Of a stretch of DNA of 46,098 nt, positions 10,754-23,897 are shown in pieces. The notes below the pieces were generated by a model. That model was not told the DNA's origin. It ran no database searches and saw only the letters and a program-made list of their open reading frames with translations. Position 1 is the first letter of the stretch. Each line of letters opens with the position of its first letter. Made by a program: the position numbers and the translations under genes. The stretch is from contig JBJCIZ010000698.1 of the NCBI GenBank assembly GCA_051294375.1, positions 1-46,098 of the forward strand, read 5' to 3'. Origin of the DNA: Paraspadella gotoi (taxonomy: Eukaryota > Animalia > Chaetognatha).

Positions 10754-13700
10754 TTACATATCAAAAGCTTCGTAAGACAGAAAACGCATCATGTGTGACA
10801 CTGGCCACCCCCCAGCGGCTTCGTTAAACNNNNNNNNNNAAAAATTTGCAAGACTCATTACATTGATATTACTTTCGCATAATTTTTTGAGTCTAAGTTG
10901 GTAAATAGCAAATCGACAGTTCTTAGAAAGGCTGAGAGGTAAGCTCGCGTTGGCTGTTCCAGTCACATGACACAGAAGCTTTATGGAACCGACATAATTA
11001 AATGAAAAAGAAAAACCTAACTCAGCTTGATACGCGAAGTACAGCTTAACCTGATCCTCTCCGAGTTTAAAATTGTTAAAGTTTATAAAAATGTCATTCC
11101 AGAAAAAAGTCTGTTGGTTCGGATTACGGGTTTTTAGACCCAGTGAAACGGATCCGGTTGAGGGGTTGAAGACAACGGTTACTTCCTCCGCGTCAAACTG
11201 GTTGGTAGAGCTGGCGGAGGCGTTAGCTAAAAAGTCGATGATAGTATCCAAATTATTAGAGAATGATGAGGCGTTCCACCAAGAGGTTTTGTCTTCCGGT
11301 CCTTTATCGACGAAGCTGTTGACCTTTAACATATCCTCATCGGATATGGTGTTTCGCGTTTGGAGACTTTGAAACCTAAAGATAATTGAGAGAGAGTGAT
11401 GAAAAAAAAGAAAAAGAATATTTTTTAAATTTATTTTTACTTTAATAATAATTAATCTATTTGGATATGTCATTTTGTTTCTCACCTGGCGCAGCTTTCA
11501 CATATTTCTGAATTCTTTCTAACATCGTGTAGGCAATCGTTTGGGTTGGGTGATATTGTCCGCGTACGGTCGCAACCAGGAATTCTAAATGGAAAATAAA
11601 AAAATAAAAAATTAAAGTCGGTCAAAAAAAAAAGGGGAAAAAAAATGTCGCGTTTGAAAGAGAAAGAAAGAAAGAGAGAGATTGAGAGAGATTGAGAGAG
11701 AGAGANNNNNNNNNNGAGAAGAAACAGACAGATATGAAAAAACTTACCTCGCGATAAGACTGGCACCGCGACCGCGTTCTAAGATGAACCCACATGATTC
11801 GTGCGTGATCGAACGTTGATGAAGTCGCCCACCTGAGGAGAAAAGAAGAAAAAGAAAAAAAGGGAGATATATGGAAGTAGAGTTTCTCAACCAAAAAAAA
11901 ANNNNNNNNNNNNNNAAACAAAAAAAACGCTTACCGATCTTGGTCTGTTCCTCAAAATAGTACTTGGGTTCTAATGCAAGTTGAACGTCTCTTTCGTATT
12001 CAATTGGTGTGGGAAAAACGAGGTCTTCTAGGTACAATTCTGATTGGTCAATGAATTCGTTTGGATTTTTAAATGTGTCTGGCCAGACGCGATGGGTTAG
12101 TTGGTTTTGCAGGTCGCCTTGGACAACGTCCTTCCTATAATACAGGGGAAGAGGGAGAGGATCGTCGCTTTAGTTTTTGATATGGATTTTTTCTGCTTAA
12201 AATCCAAAAAAATATGAAAAGGTTAAGAAAAATAACCCTGTCTTAAATCATGATAAATTACTTTGTGTTCAAAACACTGTGACAGTGAACCACAAAATTG
12301 AAAAAAAATATTAAAGGATATAGAGAATATGATAGCCCAATGGGAATTGAAAAACAAATTTGCTTTAAATTTCTCGTTTTTTTTAAAAAAGTAGAAGATA
12401 GAGGGTTAAAAAGTAGGAGAACATAAAATTGAATTTAAAATTTGGTGGGTTAAGTAAAATTAGTTTGTGAGGTTTGGGTATTGGCAATTCGAAACGCGTA
12501 ATGCGTGTTTACTACAATATGCAAATGAGTTTAACGACTCGATCGAATCACCCACCATGTGCTATTCGAGCGCGCGGCCACGTTTTTCCGAGTAAGGCGA
12601 TATTCTTCATAGTATGCTTGTCTTTTCTCCTCGATGAGTGTTTGATTCGGTCGCAAAAATAGTTCCATCATCCTAATGGAATTTGGAGCTGACGGAACCC
12701 GACTTTCATATTTGGGGAGGTCGACAGAGTCGTCGTCGTCGGGGATGAGCACTGGGTTTCGCACGAGATGATCTTGTCTTTCAATCCAGTCATAGGGTTG
12801 GAGACAGTGCGTTCGCGCTTCGGCTAAGCATTCAACCTTTACCCGCTCACAAGCTTGAAGGCAAGTTGGGCTCTTGTCCAAACCTGAGAAAGGAAGAGAA
12901 GAAAAGGATAAAAAGAATAAAAAACAAGAAAAAGAAAAAAAAGCAGAATGAAATAGTAGAGGTGCTTGAAGCGAGAACTAAAAAAAAAAAGAATTAGACA
13001 AATGGGTAATGTTTAACCTTCTTCCTTTGCTATTTGGTACATCGTCTTCATTGAATCGAGTTCATAGCCTCTTTCAACGTCGCGTAATCTCACTGAGGCA
13101 AATGACTGGTTTCTCTTCCAGGGAAAACGTGGATGGTAGACAGGGTAACGAACCATGGGGGGTGCTTGGCGCCATTCGTTTTGTTGAATTTTTTTCATTC
13201 TGTAGCCAGCCATCTGAATGTAATATAGAAAAAATTACAAAATATATAGTGACATAGAAACTATCTCTCGCTCTCTNNNNNNNNNNTTACTCACAGCGAA
13301 TTGTTGACTGGATGAAGGGATTGGAGGCCCTGGAAACTTGTCCAAAATCGGGTCGGATTTAGTTCCTAGTGAATCGCAGATAGGTTTTTGATTTGCGAAA
13401 TACATCTCTTGAGCTTTTCCAGCTCGAGCGGAGCCCGAATGTAATTTTACTAGACCGATTTCTATATTGGTCCAACATGATCTCAACTTGTCCTGTAACT
13501 TTTTCGATAGCGGATATCTTGATTTGTATCTTTTGCGCTCCCAGTCAAAAACTTTTTTCGCCCTCTGTCTTAAAGCATCAGGGTTTATGGAGATATTGAA
13601 GACATGGATCGCTGGGTAACCATCATCGGTGAGGCGAGCCAAGTTGAAGTTTGAGGAGTGGGAGAGAAATCGAGGTCCTCGCTCTGGTTGGTGGTTTTGA

Positions 13701-14158
13701 CAGAGGTCTTTCTGAAAAGTTGCCCGGACATTGGGACATCTTGCTTCATAACATCTTGGTAGCTCGCCATCATCATGGCTAGAAAGTTGAACAAAGCTTG
13801 AGTGTAAATGTGTTACAGCTTTCATCGACTGGGCATGGTTCAAGTATGGAATGCGGGCAACGCGCGGAGTGTCGTCGAGTCCTAAGTCAACTTTTAAATC
13901 TATGCCGGATAACTTTAGGGGGATCGCTGTGGGAAAAACACTGAGATGACCCGTCAGTTTCTGGTAAGGGTGAGGGCGAGACGTATCCTTACGATCGTAG
14001 TAATAACAAGGAATTTCGCGAGGGTAAAAATTGAGGTATGATTCTAGTGGTGATTCCAGATTTTGAGCTATTGACAATGGAATCGTTTTATCCTGATCCA
14101 GAAGCTTCGGGAATATTGGTGAAAATGGAACGGTATGTTCGCTAGAGAAAAGATCCAT
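10754..14158 (-). CDS. Orphan protein, 7 exons, ~800 aa, with Cys/His clusters
   Basis: Approximate exons 14158-13295, 13213-13018, 12883-12557, 12134-11935, 11833-11748, 11583-11486, 11375-10754. They join via six GT..AG introns in consistent phases and unify ORF-track fragments 13235, 13013, 12531, 11744, 11482 and 10754. Confidence 0.72.
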
Positions 14159-14603
14159 TTTTTTTTTTTTTTAGTTTTTATTTTTCAAAAATTGTTTGCT
14201 TCCTCTAGCTGATGTGTTAAGACAGTAACCGGTAAAAACGGGTGATTGTCTGTAGTGTTGAGATTAAAAATATTGGTTCTGTCGCGAGAGAAGTAGGGAA
14301 AAAAGTGGTGGAAAAAAGAATTATTTTCTTTTTCTGCTTTTTCGGGATACGATGCGATACAATGCGAAAAAACATTTCCTCGTCTTATCGAGACTGGGGC
14401 TTCATCGTTTTTTTTTTTTTTTTTTTTTTTTGATCTTGTTAGCTTCCCGTTATCTTTCAACGTCGTCGTCGTCGTTGTCTGCCCCAGCCTCCTCGTCGTC
14501 GTCGATATTCTTTTCCCCCTTGGATTTTTTTTTCTTTTCTGGTCAGTCATTCTTCTCTTCTCGTCTCTCTCTCTCTCTCTCTCATTCCCAATTTTTTATT
14601 TTT

Positions 14604-16502
14604 TTAAAATATATATAAAAAGGAAGTTGACCTTAAACTTTTTTGTCATAATTTATTTTTATCGTTATTCTTTTTTACTAAAAAAAAACTAAAGAAAAAA
14701 AACGCACCTGTATTTCGTGGCATTGATCGCTGAGGGATTCGAAGCATATACCAGATATGGGTATTGCCTTCTCTCAAGTGCAGCCATGTTTTTTAAGTCC
14801 TTTTGACTGGTCGCCTCATCGAAAAAGGATTTTAACCTTCGATACCCATCCCCGACAGTCAATCCTTGAAAAAAAAAGAGATTGATATCTTAGTATAACG
14901 CGGGTGAAAATGATTTTAATTTCATAGTATGATATCTTACCTTGAATCAAATGGCGAGAATCACTTTCGTTACATGGAAATAAAATAAATATATCAGTGT
15001 TTGCTTTTATTTTTCTCACTCCACTCGCTATAAGGCTAGCTCCTTGACTGAGAGAGTTTGATTGTGTAACCAAAGCCACATTGAGATTCAAGTGATGGGA
15101 GTCCATAGCGTAAATTTTTAATAAGAATTTAATCAGTTTGTCTAGATGTCCTTTTGTCTCCTCAGACCCGGTAAGCAAGAAGGCGTCATCTAAATATATA
15201 AATTTAAAAAATTAAACAAAATTACCAAAAAGGAAAAAAAATACAAAAACGAAAAAGAAAAGTAAAACAAATTTTCAATTTTCTATATTTTAATCTTTAT
15301 TTTTATATTTTAAAAAAAGATTTATTATCCTCACCGAATATTATGAAAGCGTTTCTCTTAAGTTCCCGGGGAGTGGTGTGGGGTGGAGAAGGGGGAGGTG
15401 AATTTTGTCGTTGTNNNNNNNNNNGTTGTTCCCATTGTCGATTTTGTGGTCTTTTTCTCATCGGAATTTCGCCATTATTCCGCCAATCGTTTTTGTTATC
15501 GTTATCATCGTCGTTAGCCCTTCTTGGCTGCTGGGCTGCTGGCGTCGTTTTTTCGTGAGAGGTTGAAGGAGAGGAAGCGGAGGAGGAGACGACGGTGGGC
15601 TCTCGAACCTTCACCGTCTTTTTCTCCGCTTTGGATACAGGCGTTTCTCGCTTACGATCGCCTTCGTCGCTTTTTTTGTAGCCGTCGGCTTTACTCTCTG
15701 TTCGAGCGGCGCTTCTCAAACGCATTCCTGAAGCGCCCCCTTCCCTCCTCCGACTGGCTTTTTTTAAGAGCGCGAATTGAGCGAGATTTCTCAGAGGCGC
15801 ATCGCGGAGAGTTAGAAATCGGTGAAGGCTTTTATTCGACTTGAGTTTAGCCTTCGAGTGTAAGAGTCCTCGCCGCCGTCGTCGTTGTTGTCCCTGTTCC
15901 ACATCCCTTTGCAGGGTTTTCTTATCCACCCCGCGAAAGTTACTTCCTCTTTTCATTATTCCAGCTCTAATCAATTCCCTCTCCTCAGGAGCGATGAGAG
16001 AGGAGTCGTCTTCGACTCCGGCGTCCTCACGAATCCCCCACTTTCCTCTCTTGCTCGCTGGCTTCGACAACAACTTTGCTTTTCCTTCTTTTTTCCTCTT
16101 CATAAGAAATTTGAGACAGCGTTCTTTGTCGTCGTCCTTGTCGTTGTCATCATCATCGTCGTCGTCCCCCGTATCAACATCGCTGGAGTCGTCATCATCG
16201 CTCTCCTCGGCGTTGCCAGAGTGGGAAAAAGGCGAGGGTGATTCTTCTCGTCGCTGTTCGCGATTTATCGCCCTCTGGTACATATCTTGAAAGTTCTTGT
16301 TTAACGCCCCATCTGGCGTGTCGTAGATTTGACATTCGATCCCGAGAAATTCAGCCACATCTCTCAGACGCTTTTCATAGCTCTTTTCTATTCGGTTACA
16401 TCCCACGTAGATTAATTGCGAAATACTTGAAGAATTAAAGTTATCTCTAAAATATTTGACGATTTGGATCAGGAGATGAGATTTGCCGCTTTGAGACTTG
16501 AA

Positions 16503-16543
<41 letters not shown>

Positions 16544-16591
16544 AATGGGAAGGGGGGGGGGTGAAATGTAAAGAATAAAGTCAATCGGTCG

Positions 16592-16635
<44 letters not shown>

Positions 16636-16904
16636 TTTTTTTTATCCTTTCCTTTCCTTTCCTTTCCTTCGTTCCTTTCCCCCCCCTTTTTTTTTTTCTT
16701 TCTCCTGGTCTGGTCTGCTGTCTTTTGTTTGAACAACCTTTTCTTCACCGATGCAAAACGAAAAAAAAAAAAAAAACCAAATATATCGCGAAAAAGAGGC
16801 ACAACATTCACGCTAATTCACACGCTCTCGCTCTCTCTCTCTTCTGTTCTTGCGTTTTATCTTTCTATTGTCCTATTATTTCTTCCTTTTTATAGATGCG
16901 TGAG

Positions 16905-16946
<42 letters not shown>

Positions 16947-16998
16947 AAAATAAAGAGAGGAGAGAAGAAGAAAGAAAATAATGTGAGAGATAGGACCG

Positions 16999-17034
<36 letters not shown>

Positions 17035-17671
17035 ATTTTAATTTTTATATAATTCATATTTCATATTTCATATTTTTCGTTTGTTTTTTTTTGAGGGGGG
17101 GGGGCCACCCCCCCCCCAACCACCCCCACCCCCCCGCCGCCGCAGGCGGCGGCGGGGGGGGCGACAGTTAAGAAGAAGCCTGTGGCGCCGGTGGTGGCGG
17201 CGGCGGCGGCGAAGCCGCCGCCGCCGACACCACCCCCGTAGTATGAAGATGATGGGTGAAGCCTGTGAAAGGAAAAAGAAGAAGAAGAAGAAGAAGAAGA
17301 AGACGCCTTCTTTATCGCGGTGGCGGCGGCTTCGCCGCCGCCACCGCTATCGCTTAAGTGGGGAGAGAGAAGAAGAAGTCTTTTCTCTCTCTCCGGTCCC
17401 AGTTCGAAAATGAAAAATACAGGATAGAGAAACGGAAAAAAGAAAAACAGCCGGGACCGGACCGTTCCCTTGGAACGGACAGAGAACGATCCGCGTCGAG
17501 ATCTTGACGAGGAAACGGTCCGTTTCCGCCCCCCTCTCTCGACCGGAGAAGAAGCAAGAAGGGTCTTTGTCTCGAGACGCGCCCTGGCGCCCCGACTTTC
17601 CGAGTAGTCCCGCCGAAGTAGATCGAGTGTAAAAGGATTACTCGTGATTTTTTCTTTTTTTTATCTTTCTT

Positions 17672-17707
<36 letters not shown>

Positions 17708-18798
17708 ACTCTCTCTCTCTTTTCTCTCTCTCTCTCTCTTTTCCTGTTTTCCTCTTTTTCGCTTTTTTTTTCTTTCCCGGGTGAACCTATAAATTTGACC
17801 ACGATGGTTCACCAGTCTCATTTTACCCCGCGGTTATTCCTCGACGCAGTCTTCTTTTTTTTTCGCCTTTTATTTTTTCATCATTGATTTTTTTTCCCCT
17901 TCTCTCGTCTGAGAACTCTCTCAACAAAATAAAAAAATACAAAATTAGAAAAAATTGAAAATTGACTAAAACTTGTAATAAAAGGAAAAAAAAAAAACAA
18001 CATCAAAAAAACAGAAAATAAATTTTTTTTTTTTTTTTTCATTCGCTGTTTTTTCTCTCTCTCTCTCTCTTTCTCTCTTTCTCTCTCTTTCGATTCATAT
18101 TGTAGTCATACCGGACCATGAAGTAGAATACGAGTTCCAGGGCGGTTTCTTTTCAAAGTTATTTCATTTGTGAATAACCTTGAGTACGATTGAAAACATC
18201 TTATGACCGCGATCTTGCTTTTTTCGCTCAGGGTGTGTCCTGTCCAGAACCAGGGTTCACGCATTTCTTCGAAATCCACGTCATCGTATTCGTTTATTTC
18301 TGTATCAGCTCTTTTATTCTCTTCTCTTTTTTCAAGGTTTAGAATTTTTGGGATTACATCTGATCTTTCTTTTATCATTATAATTCGATTACTTTCACTC
18401 TCCTCTGTTTCGACAGTGGATGTCGCAGTTGCTTTGTTTTGCTTTTCGTTTTGTTCTCCGTCAGTTCTCGGGTTCGATTCGTCGTGAAGGGCTTGTCGTA
18501 AATACAATGAAGCGTCGTTCAGGGATTCGATTTGCCTCTCATCGTTGGCTGAAATCTTTTGGTAACCCAAAAATTTTCTTAAAATTTTTCTGTCGATATT
18601 CGATAATCCAAATTTAATCGTTAAAGCGTCGCTTGCGGTTACTTTTCGTTTCTTATCCAGGTAGGCCGAATTTTCCTCGAATGTTAGATTTCCAAAAATA
18701 TCAGCTATAACTTTGTTAATTTCGTTTTGTTTTTTTCTTACTGATCGATCACCAATGTTTGTTTTTCTTGTATTATCTCTTTCCATTTTTTTATCCAT
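14604..18798 (-). CDS. ATPase: FtsK/HerA-superfamily (A32-like) DNA packaging ATPase, 4-5 exons, ~760 aa; last exon tentative
   Basis: Exon 18798-18112 ends RILLHGP and exon 16496-15335 begins SQSGKSHLL, giving Walker A GPSQSGKS. Intron 15334-15190 splits Walker B AFIIF-D-DAFL. Then SHHLNLNVALVTQ, IKANTDIFILF, intron 14940-14865, and FFDEAT...YPYLVY. Confidence 0.9.
17095..17580. other. Cluster of GC-rich inverted repeats (hairpins) inside the ATPase intron
   Basis: 21-bp stem with 1 mismatch and GAA loop at 17190-17234; perfect 14-bp stem with TTC loop at 17317-17347; short stem with GCA loop at 17134-17152; CCGTTCC-ctt-GGAACGG near 17462-17478; GGAAACGG-t-CCGTTTCC at 17511-17527. Confidence 0.85.
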
Positions 18799-19163
18799 CT
18801 CAGCGAAAAATCGGCGAGGAAGAAACAAAAGAAAAAAAAAACAGACCTTTCTGCTCCAGGAAAAAAAAAGTGAAAAAAAAAGTTTTTTTTTTTTTTTGTT
18901 TTTTTTTCCCACGAAGGTTTCGCAGCTTACGACGAGGAGGGAAAACAAAACGTTTAAGTGAAAAAAAAGAAAGAAAGCGAGCGAAAAAAAAAAAAAAAAA
19001 ACAATTTAAAAAGCGACCCCTATCGACGTTTCGCAGAATCGAGGAGCTCCCCAAGGCACTCTTGTTTTTGTAGTAAGTTCTTTCGTTATTATTTTTTTTG
19101 TTTTAAATTCTAGTCGAATGGGAAAACCAAGCATTAAAAATGCTTTTCTGTTGGATCGGGTCT

Positions 19164-19164
<1 letters not shown>

Positions 19165-19202
<38 letters not shown>
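19165..19202. repeat. (GA)n microsatellite, representative of many in the window (e.g. ~118-157, ~379-428, ~16508-16538, ~16597-16632, ~16909-16941)
   Basis: Seen directly in the sequence. Confidence 0.95.
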
Positions 19203-19205
<3 letters not shown>

Positions 19206-19477
19206 ATGGTCGAATCAGTAAAATCTTTTCAGTTCCATTTGTGAGTACTCGCTGAGCAACTATAAATCATTATATCATTATATTATACGTCTGTTGGTCG
19301 GTCGGTCAGCCACTCGGTATATCTATCCATAATTTATTTATTTTTAACTTAATTTTTTTGAGATGAAACTTAACATGGATACGTGATGTTTGTTATACAT
19401 TAAAGCATAAGCAAAAATATTAAAATCAAGTAGTGTCAGAATTTGAATAAGCAGCTCACGAACAGGCTTGTACCTGT

Positions 19478-19892
19478 GAACATTTTTAAATAAAAAAAAT
19501 TAATTTTTATTTTTAATTTTTACATAGTCAAGATTTAAAAAAAAAATTTTTTTCTTATTTTTAAAAGCAGATTCGAATTCCTTGCAAAAAGTTGAGAGAA
19601 TGAAAATTATTTTACTAAGTGGTTCAAAATCCTAAAAAACTATTATTATAAACCTATAATTCAATTTTAGTATAAAGAATATAGTTTTTTTAAATTTTCA
19701 TTCAAACTTCATGAAAAAATTTTTGATTAAGACTTATATTTTCTTTAAGCAACTTTTTATGAGGAATTCGAATCTGCTTTCGAAACTAAGAAAAACTTTA
19801 TTTTAAAATTTTTAATTTTTTATGGTACGTGCTATATGGACGTATGTGAAAATTGGGAAATTTAAAAAAAAATTTTTTTTATATCAATGTTC
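19478..19892. repeat. Degenerate ~415-bp foldback (MITE-like inverted repeat); second copy at ~26266-26681
   Basis: AAAGCAGATTCGAATTCCTTGCAAAAAGTTG (~19564) pairs with CAACTTTTTATGAGGAATTCGAATCTGCTTT (~19750) at 28/31. Weaker complementarity extends out to GAACATT...AATGTTC. Confidence 0.7.
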
Positions 19893-20124
19893 TTTAGTCC
19901 AAGGCTGTGGCTGGTTGTTGCTGTGGCGCAACACATTGGATGGATCAATCTTTTGTTTGTTTTTTTCTACTTTTTTTTATTCTTTACTTGGTTTACGTGA
20001 TTAACTAATATTTTGTATATATTTTTTTTCCCTCTTCTTTTTTTCTTCACCAACCCTACACGCTGCTGACTTTCACAATGCATATCTAAATCACGGTCCT
20101 AACAACTCGCCATCTTTTCTATAT

Positions 20125-20161
<37 letters not shown>

Positions 20162-20229
20162 ATTTCTTTTTTATATTTTTTTTTTAAATTTTTTAAAATT
20201 TTTTTATTCTGCTTTTCGGATAGTAAAAA

Positions 20230-22998
20230 TTGTACAAAATTGATAAACATCAAAATTTCTCTTCTCTTGCTAAAACGCTCCTTGATCACACGCATCCAAT
20301 AACGCGGGGATTAGCCCTTCTTGACGCAATGTCTTGTCCTCAGGGAGATGCGTTAGCCATAAATTCTGGAGACGGTGGGAGAAGTACTTTGGAAACAGTG
20401 ACTAATTTGTTCTATTCATTCGCCTCATCGTCGTCGACGCCGTCGTCTTCCACACTGTCTTCGCCCACGTCGTCATTAGCGCGTCCCCTCACTGGAGGTG
20501 AAGAACAGGGTCAACCAACTTTTCTAGAAAGAATGCATGAAATAATAGAAAAGATTGCAGGGTCAGAGGACGAGGTTAAGGAGTTGAAAAGAGAGATTGC
20601 TTCTACCCTTACCCTTGATCAAAATACGCTTGTGAATCAGCATTTGGCCCGCGCGATGGGATTCGCATCATTCAAACACCTACAAATTTTTCTAAATGAG
20701 AAAAAAAACGAAATTCTCAATCAAGAAAAAAGAAAGGTTGCACTAACCTTTCCCCTTGAGATGTCTACAAATTATGTTCTTTCACTTGTGATGTCGAATC
20801 CTCATCTGAGTGACTTCGAACATAACGAGTTTGACGCCATGCTCAAGAGGTATCTCGACAATCAAACCCCTTCCTTTCACGACGTGTCGGGTAGAATTAA
20901 ACAAATAAGAGAATTCACCAAACGAAATGTCGAATTCTACCTGGCGAACCGTTCGACCGGCGCAATCTCCTTGCTTTCATACTTGGATGGTTCTACCATC
21001 GGAAAAAGAAAAGTCGCAGCCAGCGCGCTGGAGGCTGTGGTCAAAAAGATTAAGGAGGAATCCTCAAGTTCAACAGCGCACAAGTCTTACAATTTAAGCG
21101 TAAACGAGGAGCGGATTCCTCATGCGTTCAACTGCTTTGTGTGTCCGCCAACAGCGCCGGTTTCGGATAAACAAATTGAAGAGTCGAATTACTCCTTCTC
21201 GCAATCGTGGTTGCCGATGTTCAATGTATCCCGAGCTCGAGTATTGGACACGCTTGAGGATGTGAAGGAACACTACAAGAAATTCCACGCTCCGAGCTAC
21301 ACGCACACGGGGGTTCCACCCACTTCGGGTAAAAAAGGACCAGCGTTAAAAAACAATCCCCACAGCTACATCATCCCTTGTGGGTTTTGCGCGAGTCTGA
21401 ACCCAAACACAAACCCTGACAATTTTTTGTGTTGTTTTTTTTGCTTCGACAATCACAATAGCCTCCTCCACGCGGAGCAGGACAAGTTCCTCTCGACTTA
21501 TCGTCTCCTGAAGGCCAGTTTGTTACATGATCAATACAAGCTGGACATAGCGAAAAGCTGCTTCCTCATTCGCTGTAATATCTGTTTGACCCTCCAAGCC
21601 TCCGACCTTGCTCGCGAGCGTCACGAGAAAGTATGCCTCGCGAGAGTCCTTTCAGGCTCCATGTACTATGGACAACCTTACTCTTACGTGAGAGCCTATG
21701 AGACAAAGGCATCTTTGGCTCAAAGAGAGGAGAGTGAGAAGAGGGTGTTAGCTCAGCAGATCAAAAAGTTTTTAGAGCGTGTGGAGACAAAGACCACCCT
21801 CTATCCACATGAAGATAGACTATCCTCAAACTCCCCCAAAAAAGTGACATTAGGCGCAACGATGACGACGATGAGTGAAACTGGTCTCACGACGCCATCT
21901 TCTTTACCGAGATTCGTAACCACACTCGCCTCCGAGGTTGAAGACATCATCACAACTCTACCCACACATTTACAGTTCTCACGAGAGAACGGACTGCAAC
22001 ATAACCCTGTCATCGAAACCCTATCGCCAGCCGTTGATGATGAGATTGGAGAGGACCCAAACAAGAACACGGAGATACAAGCACGGCGACCTCGTTCATC
22101 TTTGACGCGAGCCTTACCCTCTTTCCAATTACCTGAACCCACAACAAGCGAGTCCTTTGGAGGGGACAAGCTGTTGGACACACCACGAAAAAAACGACCA
22201 ATTGTGTCACGAGTCATTTCGAGCGACGAGGATAGCGAGGAAGAAGACGACGACGAGAAGGATAAAGAGGAGGAAGAAGACAAGAAGGAGGTCGAGGAGG
22301 AGGAAAATGATACTGGGGGAGTGTTAGAGATGGAAAATAGAGATGAGAGGGGGGGGAGGAGCGGGAGAGAGTGAGCAGGGCTGAAGGGGTGAGGATTCCG
22401 AGTGGGAAAACGAGAAAAGGAAAAAGAAACCTGTGTTTAAAACCCCAAGAGGAGATAGGGAGGATAGCGAGAAGGAAAAGGAGAGGAAGTCTAAAAAAGG
22501 AAAGGGAAAAAGAAGGAAAGTTGATTCAGAGGAAAGCACTGAGGAAGAGAGGGAAAAACTACACAGGACAAGAGAGACAAGAACAGAATAAAAAACTGGG
22601 GGAGGAGTAGTAGGTTGAAAGAAAACTCAAATAAAGGGGAAGTTAAAAAAAAAGGTGGAAAAGAGGAAAAGGAAACTGAGGGAAAAGAAAGGGAAAAAAT
22701 AGAAAAGAAAAGAAAGAAGGAGGAGTTGGAGCGGTCTGTGGGGAAGAAGTTTGGGAAGAACAAAAGGGCGAAGAGAGTTCTTCAAGGACTGATGCAGATG
22801 TTCTCTTTTTCCGATGAGGATACAGACAATGAAGAGAGAAAAAATAACTCCTCCAAATGTTCCAAACGCTCCAAACGCTCCAAACGCTCCAAACGCTCTA
22901 ACAAACCCAAAAGAAAACCAATCTCCGACGACGACGACGACGACGACGACGATAATACCACAGACAGCTACAGTGACAGCGACAGTGACAGCGACTAG
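20230..22998 (+). pseudogene. Duplicate copy of the 922-aa zinc-finger/low-complexity gene, with homopolymer frameshifts (likely sequencing errors)
   Basis: Nearly identical to 27020-29788; a shortened G run near 22350 and further indels break the frame. Confidence 0.75.
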
Positions 22999-23263
22999 TA
23001 GATATTCATTTATAGTCAATTTATGTCTTAAAACCTACTACTCTCTCTTTCTCCTCATAATTCGAATTCGAGTTTTTGTTTATATATTTCTTTTATACTC
23101 TGTAGCTGAATGAGTTCTTTTTGTTTTTGTTTACAAGGAAGGTAACAAAAAATCTTTTAAAAAAAAAGAAAAAAAAACTTATTCTGTCATCGCGAAAATT
23201 TCTCCTCTCTCTCTCTCTCTATCTCCCATTTTTCCTTTTTCTCCACTTACCCTTTCTTTGAAA

Positions 23264-23744
23264 ATGGAAAACAAGTCGAAATACACAATCAACCGCGAAA
23301 GACTTCAAAGAAAATTAAAAAATATAACAAACCAAATGGAAGAGTTGACAAAGAACCTGCATAACCTTATCAGACAAACTAATAGAATCGCGACTAGTCT
23401 CGCTAGATTAGAATCGAAGGAACTTGCAAGACGGAAAGGAAAAAAAAGACAAATCGCCATTGTAAGACCATCAAAAAAAGCCAATGGGACGCGCTATGTG
23501 ACGCCAGGCGGATCAGGTTGTTTTTTTTTTTTAATTAAAAAAGAACAACATAACAATCGCTAAAACCCAACCTCTTTTTTTTCTTTTATAATACAATTCA
23601 ACTTTTTTTTAACCCAATCGACTCGCCTTCCAAGTCATCCATGTCCTTGATAACCGAGCCACCCCAAGCCCACCAACCCAGCCTCAACCACAACCACAAA
23701 CCCAACCTTCAACATCTAGCCAAAACTTAATTGTTTTAGATTAG
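23264..23744 (+). CDS. Duplicate copy of the small coiled-coil protein gene
   Basis: Same translation as 30054-30534. Confidence 0.5.
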
Positions 23745-23897
23745 AAATTTAGATATTTTTTTTTTCACCTCCCCAATATATATAGAATAGTTATTTTTGC
23801 TTTGTTATAGTTTAGACTTTTTGTAGTAATATATTTCTGTTCACGTTAGCTGATAGTAAATTGTATTTTTTTTATTCCTTTCCTTTTAAGAAAAAAA

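Noticed and set aside
14185-14550. 121-aa ORF between the ATPase and the orphan gene
   Set aside because: Dominated by homopolymer and simple repeats; coding status cannot be supported.
16581-17821. Arg/Glu- and Arg/Pro-rich ORFs inside the ATPase intron as a nested gene
   Set aside because: Their composition derives from microsatellites and CCG/GAA repeats, and I found no convincing splice model. A nested gene is not fully excluded.
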